A stretch of DNA of 64,000 bases, taken from assembly GCA_016781135.1 (NCBI GenBank), contig JADDQY010000078.1, positions 246 through 64,245 on the forward strand. Reading direction: 5' to 3'. How positions within the stretch are numbered: position 1 is the first letter of the stretch; every line of letters starts with the position of its first letter. The translations under genes were made by a program, and so were the position numbers. A model generated the notes under the pieces. The model searched no databases and was not told the DNA's origin. It saw only the letters and a program-made list of their open reading frames with translations. Positions 1-8,830 of the stretch are shown piece after piece. Origin of the DNA: Actinomycetota bacterium. GTDB taxonomy: Bacteria > Actinomycetota > Acidimicrobiia > Acidimicrobiales > CADCSY01.

Positions 1-369
1 TTCGTAGTCGCCCGACTCGAGCAGCAGCGGCACGTCGAGCACCACGACCGCCTCCGTGCCGGCGAGCGCCGCCAGCCGCTCGTCCATCACCGCGTGCACC
101 TCGGGGTGGACCAGGGCCTCGAGGTCGGCCAGGGCGGCGCCGTCAGAGAAGACGATCCCGGCCAGGGCGGGCCGGTCGAGCGCGCCGCCGGGGCCAACGA
201 CCTCGGGCCCGAAGCGCTGGACGATGCGGCGGTGGACGGGCTGGCCCGGTCGCTGCAGGTCCCGGGTGACGGCATCGGCGTCGAGCACGACCGCACCTCG
301 TTCCGCCAGCAGCCGGGCGACGGTCGACTTCCCCGACCCGATGGCTCCGGTGAGCCCCACCGTCCTCAC
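1..369 (-). CDS. coaE: dephospho-CoA kinase, N-terminal part (3' end runs off the window)
   Basis: Reverse translation from GTG at 369 reads VRTVGLTGAIGSGKSTVARLLAERGAVVLDADAVTRDLQRPGQ with a GxxGSGKS P-loop. The frame stays open to position 1. Confidence 0.85.
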   Translation of the reverse strand, partial: MRTVGLTGAIGSGKSTVARLLAERGAVVLDADAVTRDLQRPGQPVHRRIVQRFGPEVVGPGGALDRPALAGIVFSDGAALADLEALVHPEVHAVMDERLAALAGTEAVVVLDVPLLLESGDYE

Positions 370-498
370 CGGCTCGGAACCTACACAAACCGTCGTCATC
401 GTTGCCCTCAAGTCGAGCCCTGGAGCGGACGAAGACAAGGGCGCAGGTCGGCCCAGCTGGGCCGCGCCGCTGGCAAACCGGAGATCGAAGGAGATCCA

Positions 499-1272
499 AT
501 GGCAAAGCGCAGCAACGTCCTGGTGGTCCTCGGGATCGCCTTCTTCGCCCTCGGGGCGGCGATCGTCCTCCTGCTGGTGCGCGACGACGGCGCGACGGTC
601 CGGGCCGGTGCCGCTGGAGAAGCGACCCAGGTGCTGGTGGCCAAGGGCCCCATCCCGGCCGGGACCACCGGTGACGAGGTCGTGGCCCAGGGACTGGTCG
701 AGGCCAAGAACTTCCAGCCCGGCCAGATCGCTCCTGGAGCCGTCACCTCCACCGCCGCGCTGGCCGGCCAGACCGTGGCCACCGACATCAGCAAGGGTGC
801 CCAGCTGACCACCTCGTCGCTGCGGCCCTCGCAGATCAGGGGGGCGAGCGTGGCCATCCCCGAGGGCAAGCAGGGCGTCGCCGTCCAGCTTGACTTCGTG
901 CCCGGCGTGGCCGGCTACGTCGGCGCCGGCGATCGCATCAACATGTACTCGGTCGTGCGCAACGGCGTGGCCGACCCCAACAGCAAGGCCAACCCGCCCT
1001 GCAACCCCCGGGTCAACCTCTTCCTCTCCAACGTGGAGGTGCTCGACATCTCCGCCGAGGTGGCGCCCCGTCGGGCGGTGTCCGACCAGCAGCAGGAGCG
1101 GGTGACCGGCAACGCCATCACCTACCTGCTGGCGCTCGACCCGGTCGAGGCAGAGCGAGTGATCTTCCTCAGCAGCAACGAGAGCCTCTACCTCGCCCTC
1201 GCCGGCGAAGGTGCCCCGCCGGTGTTCACCAACGGCCCCGGCCAGTGCTCGCCCGTCGCCGACCAGGTCTGA
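499..1272 (+). CDS. cpaB: Flp pilus assembly protein CpaB/RcpC (SAF-domain)
   Basis: ATG 499 follows GAAGGAG (487-493). N-terminal TM helix VLVVLGIAFFALGAAIVLLLV, then a CpaB-like beta-rich region. First gene of the tad cluster. Confidence 0.8.
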   Translation: MAKRSNVLVVLGIAFFALGAAIVLLLVRDDGATVRAGAAGEATQVLVAKGPIPAGTTGDEVVAQGLVEAKNFQPGQIAPGAVTSTAALAGQTVATDISKGAQLTTSSLRPSQIRGASVAIPEGKQGVAVQLDFVPGVAGYVGAGDRINMYSVVRNGVADPNSKANPPCNPRVNLFLSNVEVLDISAEVAPRRAVSDQQQERVTGNAITYLLALDPVEAERVIFLSSNESLYLALAGEGAPPVFTNGPGQCSPVADQV

Positions 1273-1279
1273 GGACACC

Positions 1280-2563
1280 ATGCGCAACCCACGGATCCTC
1301 ATCCTCGACCGCTCCTTCGAGCTGCTCGGGCAAGTCGGCGAGGTGGCCGAGGAGCTGCGGCCCCGACCCGAGGTGGTGAGCTGCGATCGCATCGACCAGG
1401 TCGGCGAGCTCCTTTGCGACGGCGAGCCGTTCGACGTGCTCGTGGCCGGCCCCAGCCTGGGAGACCAGGCGGGGCTGGCCCGACTGCAGGTGATCCACGA
1501 CGACCTGCCCGGCATGTCGATCGTGCTGGCCTTCAGCCACCGCCCCCACGCCCACCTCCGCGACCTGGTGCGCACCGGTGCCCTCGACCTGCTCCAGCTC
1601 CCCGTGCACCACAAGCAGCTGAGGGAGAGCCTGGAGCGGGCCATCGAGGTGTCCGCCTCGCTGCGGGCCGCCGTCCCGGTCACCCTGGCCGCCCCGGCAC
1701 CGGAGTGGCCCTCGCTCGTGGCGCAGCCCCGAGCCCTGGGGCAGGTCTTCACCGTGGCCTCGGCGACCGGTGGGTGCGGCAAGACCTTCATGGCCACCAA
1801 CCTGGCGTACTTCCTCGCCCACCACTCGGGGAAGCGGGTGTGCGTGGTCGACCTCGACCTGCAGTTCGGCGAGGTCTCGACCGCGTTGCGCCTCAAGCCC
1901 CGCTACACCATCTACGACGCCCTGCAACGCGAGGACGACGACGCCGCCGATCTGGCCGACCACTTCGAGGAGTACCTGGTCGGCCACGAGACCGGGGTCC
2001 AGGTCCTCGCCGCCCCCAAGGACCCCTCGGAGGCCGATCGGGTCAGCCCCCCCGACGTGACCAAGGTGATCGACGCCGCCCGCAAGCACTTCGACTACGT
2101 CGTGGTCGACACGCCCTCGGCGCTGACCGAGATCGTGCTCGCCGCCTTCGAGAGCTCGGAGCGCCTGTTCGTCATGGCCACCCTCGACCTGCCGAGCGTG
2201 CGCAACCTCGGCGTGTTCCTCAACACCCTGGAGAAGCTGAAGGTCCCGACCGACAACATCCGCCTGGTGCTGAACAAGGCCGAATCCGACGTCGGCATCG
2301 AGGTGGGCCAGGTGGAAAAGCTCTTCCCCCAGGGCTTCGAGGCCGTGCTCCCCTACGCCAAGGAGGTGAGCCGCTCGATCAACCTCGGCATGCCCGTGCT
2401 GGCGTCGTCACCCGGCGCTGAGGTCAGTCGCAGCATGGTGCCGACCATGGCCACGCTGCTGCCCGCCGAGGCCCGCTCGCGCATCGCCCTGCCCGCTCCT
2501 CCCAGCCACGGCCAGCGCCTCTTCCAGCGCCTGTTCCACCGTCCCCAACCCTCGATCTCCTAG
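1280..2563 (+). CDS. tadZ: TadZ/CpaE pilus-assembly ATPase (pseudo-receiver + ParA/MinD-like domain)
   Basis: N-terminal receiver-like fold without an acceptor Asp (FDVLVAGPS). Deviant Walker A ASATGGCGKTFMATNLA. Sits between cpaB and tadA. Confidence 0.8.
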   Translation: MRNPRILILDRSFELLGQVGEVAEELRPRPEVVSCDRIDQVGELLCDGEPFDVLVAGPSLGDQAGLARLQVIHDDLPGMSIVLAFSHRPHAHLRDLVRTGALDLLQLPVHHKQLRESLERAIEVSASLRAAVPVTLAAPAPEWPSLVAQPRALGQVFTVASATGGCGKTFMATNLAYFLAHHSGKRVCVVDLDLQFGEVSTALRLKPRYTIYDALQREDDDAADLADHFEEYLVGHETGVQVLAAPKDPSEADRVSPPDVTKVIDAARKHFDYVVVDTPSALTEIVLAAFESSERLFVMATLDLPSVRNLGVFLNTLEKLKVPTDNIRLVLNKAESDVGIEVGQVEKLFPQGFEAVLPYAKEVSRSINLGMPVLASSPGAEVSRSMVPTMATLLPAEARSRIALPAPPSHGQRLFQRLFHRPQPSIS

Positions 2564-2573
2564 GAGACCCGCC

Positions 2574-4034
2574 ATGAAGCTGTCAGAGAAGCTGGCCATC
2601 CTCGAGGAGGAGGAGCGCCGGTCGGCGAAGGCGGAGGTGACGTCGCCCCACCGGCGACGCCCCAACCAGGTCCGTCCTCGCCGCGGCGGGCAGAGCTGGG
2701 ACGCCAACAAGCGCAAGGTGCTCGAGCTCGTACGAGAGGACATCGCCCCCCGGATGGCGACCCTCTCGGGGGAGTCCCTGGCCCACGAGGTCAAGCTCGC
2801 CCTCGACCGCATCCTCCAGCGGGAGGACGTGAAGGTCTCCCCGATGGAACGGCGCAAGTTCGTCCGGGAGCTGATCCAAGACGCCCTGGGCTACGGCCCG
2901 CTCGACCCGCTCCTCCAGGACACCATGGTCACCGAGATCATGTGCAACGCCTTCGACGACATCTGGGTCGAGCGCGAGGGCCGCATCACCCCGACCGACA
3001 GCTCCTTCACCGATGACGTGCAGTACCGCCAGGTGATCGAGAAGATCGTGTCCGCCGTGGGCCGGCGCATCGACGAGAGCTCCCCCATGGTCGACGCCCG
3101 GCTGCCCGACGGGTCCCGGGTCAACGCCATCATGCCGCCGCTCGCCATCCACGGCTCGGTGCTCACCATCCGCAAGTTCGCCGTCGACCCCTTCCAGGCC
3201 AAGGACCTGGTCAACTTCGGCACCTGGACCATGGACCTCGGCCTGGTCCTCGAGGCCTGCGTGCGGGGAAAGCTCAACCTGTTGGTGAGCGGTGGCACCG
3301 GCACCGGCAAGACGACCAACCTGAACGTGTTGAGCTCGTTCATCCCCGACGGTGAGCGCATCATCACCATCGAGGACTCCGCCGAGCTCCAGCTCCAACA
3401 GCCCCACGTGGTGAACCTCGAGGCCCGTCCCCCCAACGCCGAGGGCCAGGGCGAGGTGCGCATCCGCGACCTGGTCAAGAACAGCCTCCGCATGCGGCCC
3501 GATCGCATCATCGTGGGGGAGGTCCGCGGCGCCGAGGCCCTCGACATGCTCCAGGCGATGAACACCGGCCACGAGGGGTCGATGACCACCGTTCACGCCA
3601 ACAGCCCCCGCGACGCCTTGTCCCGGCTGGAGACCATGGTGCTGATGGCCGGCTACGACCTGCCGGTGCGGGCCATTCGCGAGCAGATCGTGTCCGCCCT
3701 CCACCTGATCATGCAGGTCGACCGCATGCCTGACGGGCGACGGGTGGTCACCGCGGTCACCGAGGTTCAAGGCCTCGAGGGCGACGTGATCCTCCTCCAG
3801 GACCTGTTCCGCTACCGGACCCTGCCTGCTGCCGAGGGCGGACGGCCGGCGGGGGAGCTGGTGCCCACCGGACTGCGCCCGAAGCTGGCCGACCGGTTGG
3901 CGGAGCAGGACATCGAGCTGCCGGCCAAGGTCTTCCGGCCACCGGTCGCCCCCGCGCCCGTCACCGAGCGGCACGGCCGGCGCGGCCGGGTCCCGAGCGC
4001 CAGGGAGCTGGCCGAGCCGGAGAGGGCGCGGTGA
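2574..4034 (+). CDS. tadA: CpaF/TadA type II/IV secretion ATPase
   Basis: Walker A VSGGTGTGKTT, Asp/Walker B region IIVGEVRG, His box MTTVHANS. Confidence 0.93.
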   Translation: MKLSEKLAILEEEERRSAKAEVTSPHRRRPNQVRPRRGGQSWDANKRKVLELVREDIAPRMATLSGESLAHEVKLALDRILQREDVKVSPMERRKFVRELIQDALGYGPLDPLLQDTMVTEIMCNAFDDIWVEREGRITPTDSSFTDDVQYRQVIEKIVSAVGRRIDESSPMVDARLPDGSRVNAIMPPLAIHGSVLTIRKFAVDPFQAKDLVNFGTWTMDLGLVLEACVRGKLNLLVSGGTGTGKTTNLNVLSSFIPDGERIITIEDSAELQLQQPHVVNLEARPPNAEGQGEVRIRDLVKNSLRMRPDRIIVGEVRGAEALDMLQAMNTGHEGSMTTVHANSPRDALSRLETMVLMAGYDLPVRAIREQIVSALHLIMQVDRMPDGRRVVTAVTEVQGLEGDVILLQDLFRYRTLPAAEGGRPAGELVPTGLRPKLADRLAEQDIELPAKVFRPPVAPAPVTERHGRRGRVPSARELAEPERAR

Positions 4035-4088
4035 ACGCTCGGGGAACCCGCCGACCATCCTGCCTGCCGGCCGTCACTCCCACTCGGA

Positions 4089-4113
4089 CGGGTCCTGTCG
4101 CCGAGCGGGACCC
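4089..4113. repeat. 25-nt hairpin-forming motif CGGGTCCTGTCGCCGAGCGGGACCC (copy A)
   Basis: Identical 25-mer at 13148-13172. GGGTCC/GGACCC arms around a 12-nt spacer. Lies in the 195-nt tadA-tadB gap. Confidence 0.8.
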
Positions 4114-4229
4114 CTCCCAGGGGACGCCAGCGGCGCCCGTGGGCCCCTCCCTGGGCGCCACCCTTCCGAGCTCCACGCTGGCTGCCAGCTCCCTGGTTGC
4201 CACCCCTCGCTAGCGAAAAGAGAAGAGCG

Positions 4230-5195
4230 ATGACCGGAACCGAAGTACTTGCCGCTTGTCTGGTGGGATTGGGGTTCGCCATGGTGGGGGTGGGGGTGCT
4301 GTCCCGGGCCCGGGCCCGGACCGAGTCGCTGGCCGACATCCTCGATCTGCCCTACGGCGAGCGTGACGTCGCCGTCGAGCCGGTGAGCGAGACCCACAGC
4401 CCGCTGGTCAGCGACACCATCGAACTGGCGTCGCGGATGGTCGACCAGTTCGACGCCCGGGGGTCGATGCAGACCCAGCTCGAGCGAGCCCGTCTGCCGA
4501 TCCGAGCGGGAGAGCTCGTGGTCATCACCGCGTGCGCCGCCCTCACCGTGGGCCTGGTGCTGGCGGCGATCACCGAGGCGTGGATCCTCGGCGCCGTCGG
4601 CGCCCTGGCCGTACCGTTCGCCATCCGGGCCTACGTGGCCCGCCGCATCGAGCAGCGGCGCAAGGCGTTCGAGGGTCAGCTCCCCGAAGCCCTGTCGGTG
4701 ATCGCCTCGTCCCTGTCGGCCGGCCACACCTTCCTGCGGTCGGTCCAGATGATGTGCGACGAGTCGCCGCCGCCTCTCTCCGAGGAGTTCCAGCGGGTGG
4801 TCGCCGAGACCCGCCTCGGAGGCAGCGTGGTCGATGCCCTCGAGCGGATGGCCCATCGCCTCGACATCAAGGACCTGGTATGGGTGGTGCAGGCCATCCG
4901 CATCCAGCAGCAGGTGGGCGGCAAGCTGGCCGACCTGCTCCACACCCTCGCCGACTTCATGCGGGCCCGCGAGGACATCCGCCGGGAAGTGAACGTGCTC
5001 ACCGCCGAGGGCCGGATCTCGTCCTACGTGCTCGGCGCCCTGCCGGTGGTGATCCTCCTCGGCGTACAGGTGACCAACCCGGACTACCTCCGGCCGCTGT
5101 ACCAGGGATGGGGCCTGTTCGTGCTCGGCCTGACCGCGGCATCCATCCTCACCGGCTTTTTCATCATCCGCCGCATGGTGCGGATCGAGCTCTAG
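4230..5195 (+). CDS. tadB: TadB, type II secretion system F-family membrane protein
   Basis: Polytopic membrane protein with a T2SS-F-like core (LPEALSVIASSLSAGHTF). ATG 4230; an in-frame alternative start is at 4197. Confidence 0.85.
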   Translation: MTGTEVLAACLVGLGFAMVGVGVLSRARARTESLADILDLPYGERDVAVEPVSETHSPLVSDTIELASRMVDQFDARGSMQTQLERARLPIRAGELVVITACAALTVGLVLAAITEAWILGAVGALAVPFAIRAYVARRIEQRRKAFEGQLPEALSVIASSLSAGHTFLRSVQMMCDESPPPLSEEFQRVVAETRLGGSVVDALERMAHRLDIKDLVWVVQAIRIQQQVGGKLADLLHTLADFMRAREDIRREVNVLTAEGRISSYVLGALPVVILLGVQVTNPDYLRPLYQGWGLFVLGLTAASILTGFFIIRRMVRIEL

Positions 5196-5233
5196 CCGGC
5201 CCAGCCAACAACGACCGTCGTCAGGAGAATCTC

Positions 5234-6160
5234 ATGGAGATCGTGGGTGTCATCGTCGCCATCGCCATCGTCGCCTTCGGGGGCCTGTTGGTGCTCACCG
5301 GCGTGCGCCAGCGGATGGCCCTTGCCGGCGACGCCGCCGGCTACCTGCAGAGCCTCGACAACGTCGAAGAGCGCGGCGACGTCTACGACCAGGTGCTGGC
5401 CGAGCCCTTCCTGGGCCGCATCGTCCGTCCGCTCGGGACCCGCTGGTTGCGTCGCATCGCCGGGCTGACCCCGAAGAACCACGTGGCCAACGTCCACCGC
5501 CAGCTGGTGCTCGCCGGCGTGGCGTCGTCGGTCCGGGCCGAGGAGCTGGTGGCGCTCGAGGTGCTGGGCGGGGGCATCGGTGCCGCCCTCGCCCTGTTCT
5601 ACGCCGTGCTCGCCTCGCCGAGCCCGCGCGTCGGGGTCCTGGCCCTGGTGGCGCTGCCGCTCGTGGGCGTGCTGGCCCCCCAGGCGTGGCTCAAGCGCAG
5701 GGTGGCCGACCGCACCGAGGCCATCCGCAACGATCTGGCCGACACCATCGATCTGATGGCCATCTCGGTGGAGGCCGGCCAGGGCCTGGAGGGAGCCATG
5801 CAGACGGTCTGCCGGCACTTCACCTCACCCCTCGCCGAGGAGCTGGCCCGCACGCTCAAGGAGATGGAGCTCGGCCTGCCCCGACGCGACGCCTTCCACA
5901 ACCTCAAGCGCCGCACCGAGGTGGCGGAGCTGTCGAACTTCGTGCTGGTGCTCACCCAGGCCGACGCGCTGGGCATGCCCATCGGCCGGGTGTTGCGCAC
6001 CCAGGCGGTCGAGATGCGGGCCAAGCGCCGGCAGTGGGCCCGCGAGCGGGCGGCCAAGCTGCCGGTGAAGATCCTGTTCCCCCTGACGCTGTTCATCTTC
6101 CCGGCGATCATGGTGGTGGTCCTCGGCCCGGCGGTCCCCGGCATCGCCCGGGCCCTCTGA
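5234..6160 (+). CDS. tadC: TadC, type II secretion system F-family membrane protein
   Basis: ATG 5234 follows AGGAGA. N-terminal TM, T2SS-F core (DTIDLMAISVEAGQGLEGAM), C-terminal TM. Confidence 0.85.
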   Translation: MEIVGVIVAIAIVAFGGLLVLTGVRQRMALAGDAAGYLQSLDNVEERGDVYDQVLAEPFLGRIVRPLGTRWLRRIAGLTPKNHVANVHRQLVLAGVASSVRAEELVALEVLGGGIGAALALFYAVLASPSPRVGVLALVALPLVGVLAPQAWLKRRVADRTEAIRNDLADTIDLMAISVEAGQGLEGAMQTVCRHFTSPLAEELARTLKEMELGLPRRDAFHNLKRRTEVAELSNFVLVLTQADALGMPIGRVLRTQAVEMRAKRRQWARERAAKLPVKILFPLTLFIFPAIMVVVLGPAVPGIARAL

Positions 6161-6181
6161 ACCGACCGTCGCTCGGCGCTG

Positions 6182-7792
6182 ATGAACCCGTTCCGGCCAC
6201 CGATCACCTCGCTGCGGTGGGGTGCGGTGGCCGTCGGGTTGGTCCTGGCCGCCAGCCGTGGCCGGCTCGACGCCGCCACCGTCGCCGGGTCGGTGGCGCT
6301 GGTCGGCTACGCCGCCTGGCGCACCCGTCGGCCGCTCCCCCTCGGTGCCGGCACCGGCCAGGTGCCCATCGGCGTGGAGGCCCTGGTGCACGTGGCGGTG
6401 GTCGTGCCCACCGGGTTGTGGAACTCTCCCTTCGCCCTTTCCCTCCTCACCGCCGTGGTCGCCGTGGGCTTCGCCCGTGGCTACGCCGCCGCCGTGCGCG
6501 TGGCCCTGGCCTCGGCCGCGCTGGTCGCGGTCCCGTACCACCTCACGACCGCCACGCAGGCCGCCCCGGCGCTGGCCCTCAGCGCCCAGTGGGCGGTGGA
6601 GCTGCTCCTGGTCGCCGCCATCGCCGGTTACGCCCGTCGGTTCTCGGTCGAGGCGGCCGAGCGCCACGGGCGTGACCTCGACCGGCTCGAGCGCCTCGCC
6701 GAGGCCAACGCCCTGTTGCACTCGCTCCACGACGTGGCCCAGGCCCTGCCCGCGTCCCTCGACCTCGACGAAGCCCTCGACTCCGTCGTGGCCCGGTTGC
6801 GGGCGTTCTTCGACCTGACCGCCGTGGCCCTGCTCCTCCCTGACGACACCGGCGACGGCTGGACCGTCGCCCGCCAGCAGGGTGTGCGACTTCCGTTCCA
6901 CCTCCCCAGCGACGCCCTCCCGGCCTGCATCACCGAGACCGTCCACACCCCGCTGCTGACTCGCCGAGTCGATCTCGGCGCTGCCGACGGGGGCATGGTC
7001 GCCGGCTCCCGGTCGGGGCTGTACGCGCCGTTGCGGGCGCGGGGTGACCTCGTGGCCATCGTGGCCGTGGAGCACGAGCGACCTCGGTGGTTCTCTGCTC
7101 GCGACGCCGAGGTGCTCGACGGCTTCGTCGAGGGCGCCGCCCTGGCCATCGACAACGCCCGGCGGTTCGCCCAACTGCGCCGGGCCAGCGCCGACGAGGA
7201 GCGGAGCCGCATCGCTGGCCAGCTGCACGACCGGGTCGGCCAGTCACTGGCGTGCATGGCCTTCGAGATCGACCTGCTCGTCCGTCACCGCCGCGACGAC
7301 GAGCTCCGCTCGGGCCTGGAGGGCCTCGGGCGCGACCTGCGAACGGTGATCGCCGAGATCCGCGACACCCTGTCGCATCTCCGTACCGACGTGTCCGAGG
7401 CGCGGGGCTTCGAGGAGACGGTGGAGGCGCTGCTGGCCCGGGTGAACGAGCGGCGGGGCGCCAAGGCGGTCTTCCACTACGGCACCTGCCGGCGGCTTCC
7501 CCTCCCCCAGGAACGGGTGCTGTGGCGAGTGGTCGCCGAGACCGTCAACCAGGCGGTGCGCCAGGGCGAGTGCTCCATCGAGGTGTGGTGGGCGTGCGAC
7601 GGAGCCGACGCCCAGTTGGAGGTCGTCACCGACGCTGCGGAGGGCGCCGGCGACGACCTGGCAGACGCCGGATGGGTGCGCTCCCTGGCCGACCAGGCGG
7701 CTCGGATCGGCGCCCGCTTCGAGGCCGACGTCCTCCCCGACGGCACGAGCCGCGTCCGCTGCTCGCTGAACGCCCGAGGGACCCGTCGGTGA
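6182..7792 (+). CDS. sensor histidine kinase (membrane N-terminus, GAF, HisKA_3; degenerate HATPase)
   Basis: About five hydrophobic helices, a GAF-like segment, and H-box EERSRIAGQLHDRVGQSL. The C-terminal ATPase region lacks clear DxGxG and GxGL boxes. Confidence 0.8.
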   Translation: MNPFRPPITSLRWGAVAVGLVLAASRGRLDAATVAGSVALVGYAAWRTRRPLPLGAGTGQVPIGVEALVHVAVVVPTGLWNSPFALSLLTAVVAVGFARGYAAAVRVALASAALVAVPYHLTTATQAAPALALSAQWAVELLLVAAIAGYARRFSVEAAERHGRDLDRLERLAEANALLHSLHDVAQALPASLDLDEALDSVVARLRAFFDLTAVALLLPDDTGDGWTVARQQGVRLPFHLPSDALPACITETVHTPLLTRRVDLGAADGGMVAGSRSGLYAPLRARGDLVAIVAVEHERPRWFSARDAEVLDGFVEGAALAIDNARRFAQLRRASADEERSRIAGQLHDRVGQSLACMAFEIDLLVRHRRDDELRSGLEGLGRDLRTVIAEIRDTLSHLRTDVSEARGFEETVEALLARVNERRGAKAVFHYGTCRRLPLPQERVLWRVVAETVNQAVRQGECSIEVWWACDGADAQLEVVTDAAEGAGDDLADAGWVRSLADQAARIGARFEADVLPDGTSRVRCSLNARGTRR

Positions 7793-8424
7793 TCCGCCTG
7801 CTCCTGGCCGACGACCACCGCATCCTGCGGGAGGGCCTGCGCCGGTCGCTGGAGGCCCTCGGCCTCGAGGTGATGGGCGAGGCCAGTGACGGCGGCGAGG
7901 CGGTCGAGCTCGCCGGGTCGCTGCAGCCCGACGTGGTGCTCATGGACGTGACCATGCCCGTGCTGGACGGGGTGGAGGCCACCCGGCGCATCCGCCAGGC
8001 CCATCCCGAGGTGCGCGTGGTCATGCTCACCATGCACGCCGACGACGCCACCATGGCTCAGGCCATCCGGGCCGGCGCCGACGGCTACCTGGTGAAGGAC
8101 TGCTCCACCGACGAGATCGCCGGCCTGGTGCGCAAGGTCGCCGCCGGCCAGACCGCGGTCTCGCGCGACGTCGCCGTCTCCATGCTCCGGGAGGTGCGCC
8201 GCACCCGGTCTGACATGCTCGAAGAGCCGGTGTCGAAGCGGGAGGAGGAGGTCCTCCAGCTCATCGCCGACGGCTGCTCGAGCGCCGAGGTGGCCGAGCG
8301 GCTGTTCATCAGCCAGAAGACGGTGAAGAACCACCTGGCCTCGATCTACCACAAGCTCGACGCCCGCGACCGGACCCAGGCGGTGCTGCGGGCGGTGCGT
8401 ATGGGGATCGTCCGCCTGACCTGA
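7789..8424 (+). CDS. NarL/LuxR-family response regulator
   Basis: GTG 7789 overlaps the kinase stop (GTGA). Receiver with DD, MDVTMP, T and K positions. C-terminal HTH EVLQLIADGCSSAEVAERLFISQKTVKNH. Confidence 0.92.
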   Translation: MIRLLLADDHRILREGLRRSLEALGLEVMGEASDGGEAVELAGSLQPDVVLMDVTMPVLDGVEATRRIRQAHPEVRVVMLTMHADDATMAQAIRAGADGYLVKDCSTDEIAGLVRKVAAGQTAVSRDVAVSMLREVRRTRSDMLEEPVSKREEEVLQLIADGCSSAEVAERLFISQKTVKNHLASIYHKLDARDRTQAVLRAVRMGIVRLT

Positions 8425-8548
8425 AGTCGGCCGCCCCGGCAGCGCCAGATAGGGCCGTTCGGCCTATCCAGCCCGTCGGCGGGGCCGCCGATCCTTCTTC
8501 TAGCAACGGAGCCCCGGAACGGGGCCACGACCCCCAAGGGAGATCACC

Positions 8549-8749
8549 ATGTTGACCCAGCTCAAGTTCCTCACGAGCTACCTCCAGGCCCGCTTCACCT
8601 CCGACGAGAAGGGTGCGGCCCTGGTGGAGTACGCCCTGCTCGTCGCCCTCATCGCCGTGGCGTCCATCGTCATCCTCGGCCTGCTCGGCGTGGGCATCTC
8701 CAACATGTTCGACCGGGTCAACGACAAGATCTCCACCGCCGGAGCCTGA
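8549..8749 (+). CDS. flp: Flp/Fap family type IVb pilin precursor
   Basis: 66 aa. Leader ends in G followed by AALVEYALLVALIAV (G/XXXXEY Flp processing motif plus hydrophobic helix). RBS AAGGGAGA upstream. Confidence 0.9.
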   Translation: MLTQLKFLTSYLQARFTSDEKGAALVEYALLVALIAVASIVILGLLGVGISNMFDRVNDKISTAGA

Positions 8750-8773
8750 CCCCTCCTTCTCCCCAGACCAGAC

Positions 8774-8809
8774 GAGGCGGGCCCGAATCGGGCCCGCCTC
8801 GACGTTTTT
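8774..8809. terminator. intrinsic terminator between convergent flp and rpsA
   Basis: Perfect 12-bp stem GAGGCGGGCCCG/CGGGCCCGCCTC with loop AAT, followed by GACGTTTTT on the + strand. Confidence 0.75.
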
Positions 8810-8830
8810 CCGAAAGAGCGGTGCTCGGCC

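Noticed and set aside
4031-4213. 60-aa ORF whose GTG overlaps the tadA stop (GTGA), filling most of the tadA-tadB gap
   Set aside because: The product is low-complexity and Pro/Ser/Thr-rich, and its GC3 is lower than neighbouring genes. The 25-nt motif it contains is read in a different frame at the second locus (13100-13294 ORF). The conserved signal is therefore at nucleotide level, not protein level.
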